Positions 1 to 9,253 of a stretch of DNA of 29,908 nucleotides are shown here, piece by piece. The DNA is taken from the NCBI GenBank assembly GCA_020635825.1, contig JACJZA010000026.1, forward strand, positions 1 through 29,908, in the 5' to 3' direction. The DNA is from Flavobacteriales bacterium. GTDB lineage: Bacteria > Bacteroidota > Bacteroidia > Flavobacteriales_E > Vicingaceae. Below the pieces are notes generated by a model. The model made no database searches. It worked only from the letters and a program-made list of their open reading frames with translations, and was not told the DNA's origin. The position numbers and the translations under genes were made by a program. Each line of letters begins with the position of its first letter. Position 1 is the first letter of the stretch.

Positions 1-1160
1 TTAGAAAGAATCATATCCCAATCGAACACAGAGCTTAACAACATAACTATGTAAAGAATAGTAAAGTTGTGTCGAGCCAAATACCAAACCGATTTATTTT
101 TATGAAGTTTAATAAACAAAGTAATTAAGCCCAACAAGGCAAACAACAACCAAAAATAAACCCCAATTCTTTTATAGGTAAGCAAAGCCGCATCAATGTA
201 CATGGTATTTCTAATACTGGTAGAAAAAACCATAAATACATTCTGAGCTACCCATAAAAACGCCAATATTTTTAAAATAGATTGATGCTTTGAGAAATTT
301 AAGTATCCTCTAAAAAAGTAAAGCAATATAATTATCCCTAAAAGGATTGAAAAAATAAGCATTCCAACGCCTTTATGAACAAACTCTTTGTGGGTTATTC
401 CATCAGGCATTCCTTGCCCTAGATACAAATAGTTTACATCCATAAAGTTGACCATTACCAACATGATGTTCAATGCAACAAACAAGATGATAAATGCACT
501 TCCTTCATTCCATTTGGGTTCTTTTTGCTCTTCTTGAGTTAATTGCATTTGCCAGCCTTTTTCCCAATCGTCGATGTTTTTACTTCTATATTGTTTGTAA
601 AAAGCATAACATAAGATAAAACCACCAATGGCAAAGAAAAACCACTCTACACTTATTAGATTGGCTATTTCTTGAGTTAATCGCTCAAAAAGAGGATTCA
701 TTGCTCGGTAAATAAAAAAGAAGATGATAATAAAGAAAATAGGAATGATATATTTTAAAGCTCTTAAAAATCGTTTGTCTTTGCTTTTCTCTTCTGTATT
801 CGCCTGTACCAATTCAATAATCATGTAAACCGGCGCCAAAACAATAGAACTTATAGAACTAATTAAATCGATGATGATAGTTGATCTTTTATTCATCATT
901 ACACCTGGAATGAGCAATAAACTCACCAACCAAGTCCAAACACTCAAAGTGGAATTATTGATAAATACAAATACCGAACTGGCAAATACACCAAAGATGA
1001 TAAACAATGCTGATTTGGTAGTAAATGCGTCTTTATCGATATAATAATACAAACCAATCGCAAAAAGGCTAAAAATGAATACATTAACCCCTAAACGCTG
1101 ATGATAAAAGAAAATACTATAAGCTAGGGTAAGAACCGAAATGGCAATGGTTTTCTTCAT
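1..1160 (-). CDS. Polytopic membrane protein, C-terminus cut by the window edge (DUF4173/DUF4153-like from memory)
   Basis: Absent from the ORF track because it has no stop inside the window. From the ATG at 1160-1158 the minus-strand frame stays open down to position 3; I checked every in-frame triplet for tta/cta/tca. The translation MKKTIAISVLTLAYSIFFYHQRLGVNVFIFSLFAIGLYYY... consists mostly of hydrophobic helices. The family name is recalled, not searched. Confidence 0.6.
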   Translation of the reverse strand, partial: MKKTIAISVLTLAYSIFFYHQRLGVNVFIFSLFAIGLYYYIDKDAFTTKSALFIIFGVFASSVFVFINNSTLSVWTWLVSLLLIPGVMMNKRSTIIIDLISSISSIVLAPVYMIIELVQANTEEKSKDKRFLRALKYIIPIFFIIIFFFIYRAMNPLFERLTQEIANLISVEWFFFAIGGFILCYAFYKQYRSKNIDDWEKGWQMQLTQEEQKEPKWNEGSAFIILFVALNIMLVMVNFMDVNYLYLGQGMPDGITHKEFVHKGVGMLIFSILLGIIILLYFFRGYLNFSKHQSILKILAFLWVAQNVFMVFSTSIRNTMYIDAALLTYKRIGVYFWLLFALLGLITLFIKLHKNKSVWYLARHNFTILYIVMLLSSVFDWDMILS

Positions 1161-1232
1161 AATAAATATTTTGCGAGTTAAAACGCACTTTCTAGTTATT
1201 TATTATTGAATTTTTCTTTTTAACTTCTGTTA

Positions 1233-1261
1233 ACAAAAAATCCCGCTAAATAGCGGGATTT
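1233..1261 (-). terminator. Rho-independent terminator ending the nrnA-FKBP operon
   Basis: The minus strand reads aaatcccgct-attt-agcgggattt followed by more T (GGGATTTTTTG). It has a 10-bp stem (1238-1247/1252-1261) and a 4-nt loop, and starts 4 nt after the stop at 1265. Confidence 0.85.
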
Positions 1262-1264
1262 GTA

Positions 1265-2068
1265 TTATTTAACATCCATAAGTTCTACATCAAAAATGAG
1301 CGTTGCTTTTGCCGGTATAATTGGCGGATAACCTCTTTCACCATACCCTAAATCGTGCGGAATAATTAAACGAGCCTTCTCTCCTACTTTTAGTAAAGCA
1401 ATTCCTTCATCCCATCCTTTTATTACTCTTCCTTGCCCACAGGGAAATTCTAATGGTTGTCCTCTTTCCACAGAAGAATCAAACATACTTCCATCTTCTA
1501 AATATCCCGAATAATGTACACTTACATTTTTGTTAGCAGCAGCAGATACTCCATCTGTTTCATTTAGTTTAATGTATTTTAATCCGCTAGCTGTTGTAAT
1601 AGTATCTTTCCCTTCTACATTAAATGGCTTCGGTGCTTCCATAATATCCAACAATTCCACATCAAAAATTAATGTTTCATTAGGTCCAATAATACCTCCA
1701 GCTCCTTTTTCACCATAAGCTAAGTCAGAAGGAATAGTAAAAGTTGCTTTATCACCAACATTTAACAAAGCAATTCCTTCATCCCATCCTTTTATTACTT
1801 GACCTACACCTAATTTAAAAGAAAAAGGTTGACCTCTATTTACCGAACTATCAAAAACACTATCGTTGGTTAGTTTACCGGTATAATGCACCACTACTTT
1901 GTCTCCATTTTGTGGTTGTTCTCCGGTTCCCTTTTCAGTTATTACATATTTTAATCCCGATTCCGTTGTGTATTCTTTTCCCACTTTTACTTTTTTTTGC
2001 GCCAACCCTTGTGTTGTGCTAAAAGCTACAACCATTGTCAGCAATGTTATTTTTATTGTCTTAATCAT
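1265..2068 (-). CDS. Exported FKBP-type peptidyl-prolyl cis-trans isomerase with two tandem FKBP domains
   Basis: Signal peptide MIKTIKITLLTMVVAFSTTQGLAQ. Two copies of the FKBP signature are present (VIKGWDEGIALLNVGDKATFTIPSDLAYGEKG and VIKGWDEGIALLKVGEKARLIIPHDLGYGERG). The start overlaps the upstream stop by 8 nt. Confidence 0.92.
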   Translation of the reverse strand: MIKTIKITLLTMVVAFSTTQGLAQKKVKVGKEYTTESGLKYVITEKGTGEQPQNGDKVVVHYTGKLTNDSVFDSSVNRGQPFSFKLGVGQVIKGWDEGIALLNVGDKATFTIPSDLAYGEKGAGGIIGPNETLIFDVELLDIMEAPKPFNVEGKDTITTASGLKYIKLNETDGVSAAANKNVSVHYSGYLEDGSMFDSSVERGQPLEFPCGQGRVIKGWDEGIALLKVGEKARLIIPHDLGYGERGYPPIIPAKATLIFDVELMDVK

Positions 2069-2813
2069 TTACAGAAATTAATTCTACTTCAAAAACCAGA
2101 GGCATAAATTTTTTAATTGGTCCCTCTCCATTTTGAGGAGGATTAGAACCATAAGCCAATTGTTGAGGAATAAAGAAACGATATTTAGCTCCTTCTTTCA
2201 TTAATTGTAACCCTTCTGTCCATCCTTTTATTACTTGATTCAATCCAAAAGTAGCTGGTTTTCCTCTATTAATGGAACTGTCGAAAATAGTTCCTTCAGG
2301 GGTAGTTCCTTGGTAATGAACAGTAACACTAGATGTAGCAGTTGGAGTTTTACCTGTTCCTTCTGTCAATACAACATATTGTAAACCACTTTCGGTAACT
2401 TGTACTCCTTCTTTACTTTTATTTTCCTCTAAAAATGCCAAACCATCTTTTGCAATCTTTTCGTATTCTTTTAACTTAATGTTGTTAACCGAATCTGATT
2501 TTGCTTTAAAGAAAGCCATCACATATGGACGCATCGCATCAACATCTATGTAAGTTTTTTCATTTTCCATCCCATCTTTAATTCCCATAATAATGGCATC
2601 AATATTGGCTTCAGAAAAATCTTTTTTAAGATTTAAAGCCATGTTCATTCCCACACCATAACTTACTGAGTCGATTTTATTCTTTAAAACAATCTCAGCT
2701 TTTACTTCTTCTTTTTTAACGTTTTTCTTTTTTTGAGCAATTGCATTTACTGATAAAAACATCATTATAAATGCAAACAATAATGTTTGGATTGTTCTTT
2801 TATTCATAAGCAT
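2061..2813 (-). CDS. FKBP-type PPIase with FkpA/Mip-like N-terminal helical domain
   Basis: Signal peptide, helical N-domain and a C-terminal FKBP domain (VHYQGTTPEGTIFDSS...VIKGWTEGLQLMKEGAKYRFFIPQQLAYG). The C-terminal half closely resembles the next gene, as in a tandem duplicate. Confidence 0.92.
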   Translation of the reverse strand: MLMNKRTIQTLLFAFIMMFLSVNAIAQKKKNVKKEEVKAEIVLKNKIDSVSYGVGMNMALNLKKDFSEANIDAIIMGIKDGMENEKTYIDVDAMRPYVMAFFKAKSDSVNNIKLKEYEKIAKDGLAFLEENKSKEGVQVTESGLQYVVLTEGTGKTPTATSSVTVHYQGTTPEGTIFDSSINRGKPATFGLNQVIKGWTEGLQLMKEGAKYRFFIPQQLAYGSNPPQNGEGPIKKFMPLVFEVELISVND

Positions 2814-2816
2814 ATT

Positions 2817-3545
2817 TTACTCGTTTACTTTGATTAATTCTACTTCAAATACCAACGGCATAAATGGCTTAATTGGCCCACCCGGTCTTGGGTTAGCACC
2901 GTAAGCTAATTCTTGAGGAATAAAAAATCTATATTTTGAACCTTCACTCATTAACTGTAAACCTTCTGTCCATCCTGGTATTACTTGATTTAAATTAAAG
3001 GTAACTGTTTCACCTCTTTCAACTGAACTTTCAAAAACTGTACCATCAGGAGTTGTTCCATGATAATGTACTTCGACAGATGATTGAGGACTAGAAGGCT
3101 TTTTACCTTTCCCTTCTTTCATTACTAAATATTGTAAACCACTAGCAGTAACTTGCACTCCTTCTTTTGTTTTATTCTCTTCTAAAAACTTCTCTCCTTC
3201 AATTCTTATTTGACCGTATTGTTCTTCAGCCATTCGTTGAGCTTCTTGTTGTTGCTTTTCCATTGCTTCTTGTTGCTTCTTTTGGAAAAAAGGCTGTAAA
3301 ACACCTTCTAATTCTTCTGTAGAAATCAACATATCAGCAGAATCTAATACATCTATAAACCCTTTTACCCATGCATCTTTATTTACTTCAGAAAAATTTT
3401 GAAGTATATTGGTACCTGTATAAGCACCGTAACTATAACTTACTGAATCAATTTCATTATTTAATGTTACGTTAGCGTGTTCATTATTTCCTCCACATGC
3501 AACTAATAAAGATGCTGCACAAGCATAAAAAGTTATTTTTTTCAT
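2817..3545 (-). CDS. Lipoprotein FKBP-type PPIase with FkpA/Mip-like N-domain
   Basis: Lipobox LLVAC near the N-terminus. FKBP domain VHYHGTTPDGTVFESS...VIPGWTEGLQLMSEGSKYRFFIPQELAYG. Confidence 0.92.
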   Translation of the reverse strand: MKKITFYACAASLLVACGGNNEHANVTLNNEIDSVSYSYGAYTGTNILQNFSEVNKDAWVKGFIDVLDSADMLISTEELEGVLQPFFQKKQQEAMEKQQQEAQRMAEEQYGQIRIEGEKFLEENKTKEGVQVTASGLQYLVMKEGKGKKPSSPQSSVEVHYHGTTPDGTVFESSVERGETVTFNLNQVIPGWTEGLQLMSEGSKYRFFIPQELAYGANPRPGGPIKPFMPLVFEVELIKVNE

Positions 3546-3550
3546 TTTGT

Positions 3551-4381
3551 TTATTTAATTTTTGTTATTTCTAAATTATACATTATCGGGCTATAAGGTG
3601 GTACAATACCTGTACTCGAACCCTTATCTCCAAACGCGAGTTGCGAAGGTATGATTATTTTTGCTTTTTCACCATTTTTCATGGTTTTTAACACTTTATC
3701 AAATCCTTCTATTACCTGACCTGGAGTACCATAAACATACTCAAAATCTTGATTGGTTTTAGTAGAATCAAAAGCTACTCCATTTATAAAACTACCCAAG
3801 TATTTAAGATATACCGTATCTCCTTTTTTTATAAAATCCCCCTTCCCTTCTTGAATGGTTTTCTTTAATACATTGCCTTCATTAACAAATCCTTTATCTT
3901 CTTTGAGTATTTCCTTCAAAATAAGTTGCTCAATTAATTCCTCATCATAGTTGTTTATCTGATTTTGATATTCTTCTTCATTATAAAAACGATGAAGTTT
4001 TACTGCTATTTTTAGATATTCTGAATTATTTGACACAAAGCCCAAACTATTTGAGTTAAATATTTCTTGCCCCATTAAAAATTCAGCACTATCCCCTTCA
4101 TTTAATTGCTTAAAGAGTTCGTCAAAATCATTTTCTTTGGGCTGATATAAATGATATTTAAAAATTTGATAAATCAAATCATCTTTTTGATTGAGCACTT
4201 TTAATGAAACACTAACATAATTACCTTTTTCATATGATTTAGAAGCAGCTTCACCTTCAAATTCAAAAGATAAGAGCTTAAAATAAGTTTCATTTCCTAA
4301 ATTCTCATAACCATCAAATTTAGACTGACATGAAAATAAAAAAATTACAATGAAGAAGTAAAATATTTTTCTCAACATCAT
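3551..4381 (-). CDS. Lipoprotein with unknown N-terminal domain and C-terminal FKBP-type PPIase domain
   Basis: Lipobox LFSC. The C-terminus YLGSFINGVAFDST...VIEGFDKVLKTMKNGEKAKIIIPSQLAFGDKG is FKBP-like. It shares 1 nt (TAATG) with the upstream gene stop. Confidence 0.85.
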   Translation of the reverse strand: MMLRKIFYFFIVIFLFSCQSKFDGYENLGNETYFKLLSFEFEGEAASKSYEKGNYVSVSLKVLNQKDDLIYQIFKYHLYQPKENDFDELFKQLNEGDSAEFLMGQEIFNSNSLGFVSNNSEYLKIAVKLHRFYNEEEYQNQINNYDEELIEQLILKEILKEDKGFVNEGNVLKKTIQEGKGDFIKKGDTVYLKYLGSFINGVAFDSTKTNQDFEYVYGTPGQVIEGFDKVLKTMKNGEKAKIIIPSQLAFGDKGSSTGIVPPYSPIMYNLEITKIK

Positions 4382-4911
4382 TATTTCAATGCAATTAATT
4401 CAATATCATAAATAATGGTTGAGCGAATCGGAATTTTTTCAAAATCACCAGCCAATCCATGTGCTAAATGAGATGGAATAATTATTTTAGCTTTATCTCC
4501 CACATGTAAATAAGTAATTCCTTCGTGTAGCCCACTTTCTACATTGTCTTCTCCTATTTTAAATTCTTCAGGGCCATTTTCTTCGGTAGAATAGCATTTT
4601 TGTCCATTCAATAAAGAAACTTCGTATTTCACCACAGCTATCTTTCCATTTTCAGCTTTTTCTCCATTTCCTTTCTCATAAATTTGATAACGTAATCCTG
4701 TACCAGTTTTAATCACGTCAAGACTCCTCCTTCTCACATACCCGTCTATCTGTAATGATTCTTTTTCGGCTGCAATTTTATTAGCATCAATTAATACTTC
4801 TTTTAATTCTTCTTTTAATTCTTCAGGATTGTTATGATAAAGAGGATTAGAATCGTTTTCTGAATGACATGCTAAAAGTGAAATAATAATTATAAAATAC
4901 AGAAACCTCAT
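4381..4911 (-). CDS. Small lipoprotein FKBP-type PPIase, divergent active-site region; possibly the gliding-motility GldI type
   Basis: Lipobox LLAC. FKBP fold motifs YEVSLLNGQKCYST...VESGLHEGITYLHVGDKAKIIIPSHLAHG. Its 176-aa size and lipoprotein nature match what I recall of GldI, but orthology cannot be shown here. There is an ATGA overlap with nrnA. Confidence 0.8.
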   Translation of the reverse strand: MRFLYFIIIISLLACHSENDSNPLYHNNPEELKEELKEVLIDANKIAAEKESLQIDGYVRRRSLDVIKTGTGLRYQIYEKGNGEKAENGKIAVVKYEVSLLNGQKCYSTEENGPEEFKIGEDNVESGLHEGITYLHVGDKAKIIIPSHLAHGLAGDFEKIPIRSTIIYDIELIALK

Positions 4912-5912
4912 TTTAATTGACTTTTATATTTATTTAATAGTCCAACAAATTTACTTATTGTTTCGTCTAACGATAAATTAGAACGACCTCCTGCTGCATA
5001 AATATGCCCTCCTCCATTAAAATGTTTATTAGCAAACTCATTTACATAAAAATCATCCTTCGATCTAAAAGACATACTTACTTCATTTTCTTTTTCTGTA
5101 ATAAGAGTTGAAAATTTGATTCCATTGATTGAAAGTGGATAATTCACCAATCCTTCCGTATCGCCCTTTTTAAAATGAAATTTTTTCAACTCTTCTTGAC
5201 TTAACGAGATATAAGCAGCATTTATTTCGGGAAAAACTTTCATTTTTTCAGTCAATGCAAATCCTAATAAGCGCAACCGATGTTCAGAATAAGTATCATA
5301 CACTCTTTCATGAATTTTGGATCCATCCACTCCTAAATTGATAAATTCAGCAATGATTTGATGTGTCCTAGCAGTTGTAGAAGGAAAACGAAAAGAACCA
5401 GTATCAGTCATAATACCACAATACAAACATTCACCGATTTCTTTGGTTATTTCTGAAGTAGATTTTAACTCATCTATAAATTCATATACCAATTGAGCTG
5501 TTGAACAACAATTAGTATCTACAAAATAATGATGAGCAAATTCTTGTGGGTTTTGATGGTGATCAATCACCATTTTAATAGCAGAAGTTTTTTGAATTAA
5601 CTCACCCAACTCACCTATTCTATTTAAAGCATTGTAGTCTAATGAAAAAATAAAGTCTGCTTTTTCAATTAACTTCTTCACTTTATTTTGTTCTTGTTCA
5701 AAGTTTAAAATTTGTTCACAGCTGGTCATCCATTTTAAAAACTCAGGAAAATCATCTGGCACCACCACACTTACATTTAATCCTCTGTTTTTAAGAAAAT
5801 GATATAAACCTAAAGAAGAACCAATTGCATCTCCATCAGGTGATTTATGAGTAGTGATGACAATTGATTGAGCTCCAGTTAACTCTTTATTTACTTGTTG
5901 AATATTCATCAA
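4908..5912 (-). CDS. nrnA: DHH/DHHA1 family phosphoesterase (NrnA-type oligoribonuclease/pAp phosphatase)
   Basis: DHH motifs HKSPDGDAIGS and VIDHHQN, and the DHHA1 motif GGGHIYAAGG. The 334-aa length is typical. Confidence 0.85.
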   Translation of the reverse strand: MMNIQQVNKELTGAQSIVITTHKSPDGDAIGSSLGLYHFLKNRGLNVSVVVPDDFPEFLKWMTSCEQILNFEQEQNKVKKLIEKADFIFSLDYNALNRIGELGELIQKTSAIKMVIDHHQNPQEFAHHYFVDTNCCSTAQLVYEFIDELKSTSEITKEIGECLYCGIMTDTGSFRFPSTTARTHQIIAEFINLGVDGSKIHERVYDTYSEHRLRLLGFALTEKMKVFPEINAAYISLSQEELKKFHFKKGDTEGLVNYPLSINGIKFSTLITEKENEVSMSFRSKDDFYVNEFANKHFNGGGHIYAAGGRSNLSLDETISKFVGLLNKYKSQLK

Positions 5913-5930
5913 AGCTTTTTATTATAAACT

Positions 5931-5955
5931 AAAAAGCCACGCTAAGAGCGTGGCT
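5931..5955 (-). terminator. Rho-independent terminator after the zinc-finger protein gene
   Basis: The minus strand reads agccacgct-ctt-agcgtggct followed by TTTTAGTTT. It has a 9-bp GC-rich stem (5935-5943/5947-5955) and lies 20 nt downstream of the stop at 5976. Confidence 0.8.
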
Positions 5956-5975
5956 AATTATTATTTAATTAGATA

Positions 5976-6680
5976 TTAAAATCCTGTTCCGTAAAACCCT
6001 GTAATTGGAGTTGTCATGTGTTCAATTAAGATACCAATACAACCCATATCACTCGATTTCATTAATTTACCTTTTCCTTTTGAAATCCCTTTCGAACTTC
6101 CGCTTCCACCCCCATCAGGCACAGAAATTTCAAATATTAAACGTTGAGTAGTTTCACAGGTAAACTCTAACTCAGTTGCCATATTATCTTGTGTATTGTC
6201 GTATAATAATATTTTCTGACGTTCTTCAACCATTTTAGTTTCTTTGGTTATTACTTCTTTTTGGTCACCTGTAGCAACTTGTCCACTACCATTACAATCC
6301 CAACAGTTATCACCATCCATTGTACCAGTTCCACCACAAGACTCACATTTAGCATAAACGTCTTCCATTTCTTTTTTCTCGTACACTTTTTCCACTTTCA
6401 CCTTTTTAGATTCATACACTTTAAATTCTAAACCGGAACCTAAGTTTTCGTCCATACATAATGAAATTCTATAGTCTTGACCTTTGTAAACAATCACACT
6501 TAGTTCTGAGGTTTGACCTTTACCAAACAATGCACTTTTAGATTGTCCATTAGGTTTATACATTTCATTTTCGGCTGGCTCACAGAAATTTTCATGAAAA
6601 TAATTACAATATTGTCCAAATGATAATATTGGGGTTAATGCAATTGCTGTGGCTAATATTAATTTCTTATAACTTTTCAT
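5976..6680 (-). CDS. Exported hypothetical protein with embedded DnaJ-type CxxCxGxG zinc-finger pair
   Basis: I prefer the start at M15 (cat at 6678-6680). It gives the signal peptide MKSYKKLILATAIALTPILSFGQ and removes the overlap with the upstream gene. The motif CESCGGTG...CWDCNGSG equals two CxxCxGxG repeats. Confidence 0.75.
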   Translation of the reverse strand: MKSYKKLILATAIALTPILSFGQYCNYFHENFCEPAENEMYKPNGQSKSALFGKGQTSELSVIVYKGQDYRISLCMDENLGSGLEFKVYESKKVKVEKVYEKKEMEDVYAKCESCGGTGTMDGDNCWDCNGSGQVATGDQKEVITKETKMVEERQKILLYDNTQDNMATELEFTCETTQRLIFEISVPDGGGSGSSKGISKGKGKLMKSSDMGCIGILIEHMTTPITGFYGTGF

Positions 6681-6702
6681 TTGAGTCACACTTTTAAAGC
6701 AA

Positions 6703-7602
6703 TTAAGCTTCTGTTTTAACAATATTATTTCTTATTTCTGTTACTTTATCTTTGATAGCATTAAATTGAGCTTCAGTAATTTTTATTTTACTTCCGCCAC
6801 CTAAAACCATTTTACCACCTTCTTTCTTTTTTAAAGAAATTCCAGAACCGGTAGATTCTTCTCCTAATTGAGCATAAACAGCTTCCAACTCTTTAAACCA
6901 AGCTAATACTTGACTTACATCAGCATTATCTGCATATTTTTCTAAATAAAGAATTAAATTTTCCATGGTTAACTTTTGATCAGCCAATCTTTCTACAGCA
7001 GCTTTATCTTTTGAATATTTGGCAGTATTAGCAACAATATAAACTGTTTCTAACCAACCAGCTGAAGCAACCAATCCTAATTTATCACCTTGTTCATTTT
7101 GTTCTAAATAATCAACAACAGAAAAATAAGAAGTATTAGTAATAGCTACTAATGAATCAGCATTATCTAGATTATTTTGGATTCTTTCCACTAAACTTTT
7201 GTCGAAAGCAGAAGACAAACCAATTTGGTCTGCTAATTTCTGAATGCTTCCAAAATACTTGATTGACTCTTGGTATTCTTCAAAAGCAGCTGTATAAGCC
7301 AAATCTGCTGAATAAATACCAAAGTTTAATGCTTGTTGTCTTGGGTCAGTGTAAGCATCAGCATTTTGAATTGGATTCAAAGCTTCTTTGTTGTATTTCA
7401 GTCCACTTTCTTTGATAAATCCAAACATTTCGTCTGGAGAAGGAATTTGGTAATAACTTTCATTTTTTACTTCTTCTACCACTTCTTCTACTTGTTGTTC
7501 ATCAACATTTTCAATAGGAGCATCTTCTCCTCCACATGAAGTTAACATCGCCATAGGTAAACCTATCATTAGAGCTACAGCTATTTTAGATTGTTTTTTC
7601 AT
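6703..7602 (-). CDS. Hypothetical helical lipoprotein
   Basis: I prefer the start at M10 (cat at 7600-7602). It gives MKKQSKIAVALMIGLPMAMLTSC with a lipobox. The longer ORF-track start would overlap the predicted -7 box at 7627-7634. I recognise no family. Confidence 0.7.
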   Translation of the reverse strand: MKKQSKIAVALMIGLPMAMLTSCGGEDAPIENVDEQQVEEVVEEVKNESYYQIPSPDEMFGFIKESGLKYNKEALNPIQNADAYTDPRQQALNFGIYSADLAYTAAFEEYQESIKYFGSIQKLADQIGLSSAFDKSLVERIQNNLDNADSLVAITNTSYFSVVDYLEQNEQGDKLGLVASAGWLETVYIVANTAKYSKDKAAVERLADQKLTMENLILYLEKYADNADVSQVLAWFKELEAVYAQLGEESTGSGISLKKKEGGKMVLGGGSKIKITEAQFNAIKDKVTEIRNNIVKTEA

Positions 7603-7626
7603 TTCAAATTCTAATTTTCGTAATGT

Positions 7627-7634
7627 CAAAAGTA
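7627..7634 (-). promoter_or_regulatory. Bacteroidota-type -7 promoter box (TACTTTTG) for the lipoprotein operon
   Basis: Plus-strand caaaagta is TACTTTTG on the minus strand and matches TAnnTTTG. It lies 25 nt upstream of the ATG at 7602. No clear -33 TTTG was found. Confidence 0.4.
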
Positions 7635-7712
7635 TAATTTTTAGTTTAAACTTTGATTTTATATTTAAAGCACGAAAGATAATAAAAGTATCATTACTAT
7701 TAAAATAATTTA

Positions 7713-9158
7713 TCAGCTTTTCTTTTTGCTAATCAACCATAAACCAACAAAGGTCAAAAATCCATTTACAATTAATATTTCAAAATTAAACTTATAACCA
7801 TTGAATAATACTTCGCTATACATATTTAAAAGAAAGCTTAAAACAGGTGAAACAATACAAATTATTGGAACCCAATTATCTTTCACTATCCGTTTAGTAT
7901 ACAAACCAAATGCATAGAGCCCTAATAATGGCCCATAGGTATAACCTGCTGCTTTAAACAAAGAGCTGATAACACTTTCATCACTAATAAGATTAAAAAT
8001 TAATATTACAACAAACAACACAAAAGACATAAGCACATGTACTCTTTTTCTTAATCTTATTTTCTTGTTTTCAGGCTGATTATCTACATCTAAATAATCG
8101 ACACACACAGAAGTAGTTAATGATGTAAGAGCAGAATCGGCACTAGAATAAGCTGCCGCTATTAACCCTAAAATAAAAAATACTCCGGCAGCAGTACTTA
8201 AATGTTCTGAAGCTATTAGAGGAAATAAATTATCTGTCCGTTCAGGTATAACAAGCCCCAGTTTGTTGGCATACAAAAACAATAAAGCTCCCAAGATTAA
8301 AAATGCCAAATTCACAAAAATCAACACCACACTGAAGGAATACATATTCTTCTTTGCATCTGTTATGTTTTTACAAGTAAGGTTTTTTTGCATCATATCC
8401 TGATCCAAACCTGTCATCACAATTGTAATGAACATTCCACTTAAAAAATTCTTCACAAAATGCCTTTTATCATTCCAGTCATCAAAAAAGAAGATTTGGG
8501 AGTAATCACTTTCTTTAACTGAAGAAATTAAACCAGAAAAACTCAACTCTAACTTATCAGAAATCATATAAATAGTAATACCAACTGCTATTAGCATAAA
8601 AAGAGTTTGAAGAGTATCTGTCCAAACAATGGTTTTAATTCCTCCTTTAAAAGTGTACAACCAAATAAGTAATATAGTAAGAGCCACAGTTATAAAAAAA
8701 GGAACTCCCCATTGATTAAACACCAATATTTGTAACACATTGGCTACCAAAAATAATCTAAATGAGGCTCCAATTGTTCTTGATAGCAAGAAAAATGAAG
8801 CCCCTGTTTTGTAAGATTGATTCCCAAATCTATCCTTTAAATAGCTGTAAATGGAAATTAGGTTTAAACGATAATAAAGTGGCATTAATACTTGAGCTAT
8901 AACAACATAACCAAAAAAATACCCCAACACTACTTGCATATAGGAAAATTGACTAACTCCTACCCAACCCGGCACGGAAATAAAAGTAACCCCGGAAAGA
9001 GATGCTCCAATCATTCCAAATGCCACTAAATACCATGGAGATTGATGTTTACCAATGAAAAAAGTAGAATTGTCGGCTTGTTTAGAAGTGAAATGAGAAA
9101 TGATCATTAAGACCAAAAAATAAAGCAGAACAAAACCAATTACTAAGAGAGGAGACAT
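7713..9158 (-). CDS. Sodium:solute symporter (SSF) family transporter
   Basis: 481 aa with about 12-13 hydrophobic helices and the SSF-like motif GGIKTIVWTDTLQT. Substrate unknown. Confidence 0.85.
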   Translation of the reverse strand: MSPLLVIGFVLLYFLVLMIISHFTSKQADNSTFFIGKHQSPWYLVAFGMIGASLSGVTFISVPGWVGVSQFSYMQVVLGYFFGYVVIAQVLMPLYYRLNLISIYSYLKDRFGNQSYKTGASFFLLSRTIGASFRLFLVANVLQILVFNQWGVPFFITVALTILLIWLYTFKGGIKTIVWTDTLQTLFMLIAVGITIYMISDKLELSFSGLISSVKESDYSQIFFFDDWNDKRHFVKNFLSGMFITIVMTGLDQDMMQKNLTCKNITDAKKNMYSFSVVLIFVNLAFLILGALLFLYANKLGLVIPERTDNLFPLIASEHLSTAAGVFFILGLIAAAYSSADSALTSLTTSVCVDYLDVDNQPENKKIRLRKRVHVLMSFVLFVVILIFNLISDESVISSLFKAAGYTYGPLLGLYAFGLYTKRIVKDNWVPIICIVSPVLSFLLNMYSEVLFNGYKFNFEILIVNGFLTFVGLWLISKKKS

Positions 9159-9220
9159 AAGTGTTTATAACATTTGAAACAAATGTGCCTATATTTTCTT
9201 TTTTATAAAGTGTAAGATTG

Positions 9221-9228
9221 TAATTTTG
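9221..9228 (+). promoter_or_regulatory. Candidate -7 box (TAATTTTG) for recR
   Basis: Matches TAnnTTTG, 26 nt upstream of the recR ATG. Only a T-rich tract, with no exact TTTG, lies at about -33. Confidence 0.35.
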
Positions 9229-9253
9229 ATAAACAATTTATTGTTGACATCGA

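Noticed and set aside
6681-7629. Longer track starts for the zinc-finger protein (6722) and the lipoprotein (7629).
   Set aside because: The internal starts at 6680 and 7602 give canonical signal and lipoprotein leaders. They also remove a 20-nt gene overlap and avoid running through the predicted -7 box.
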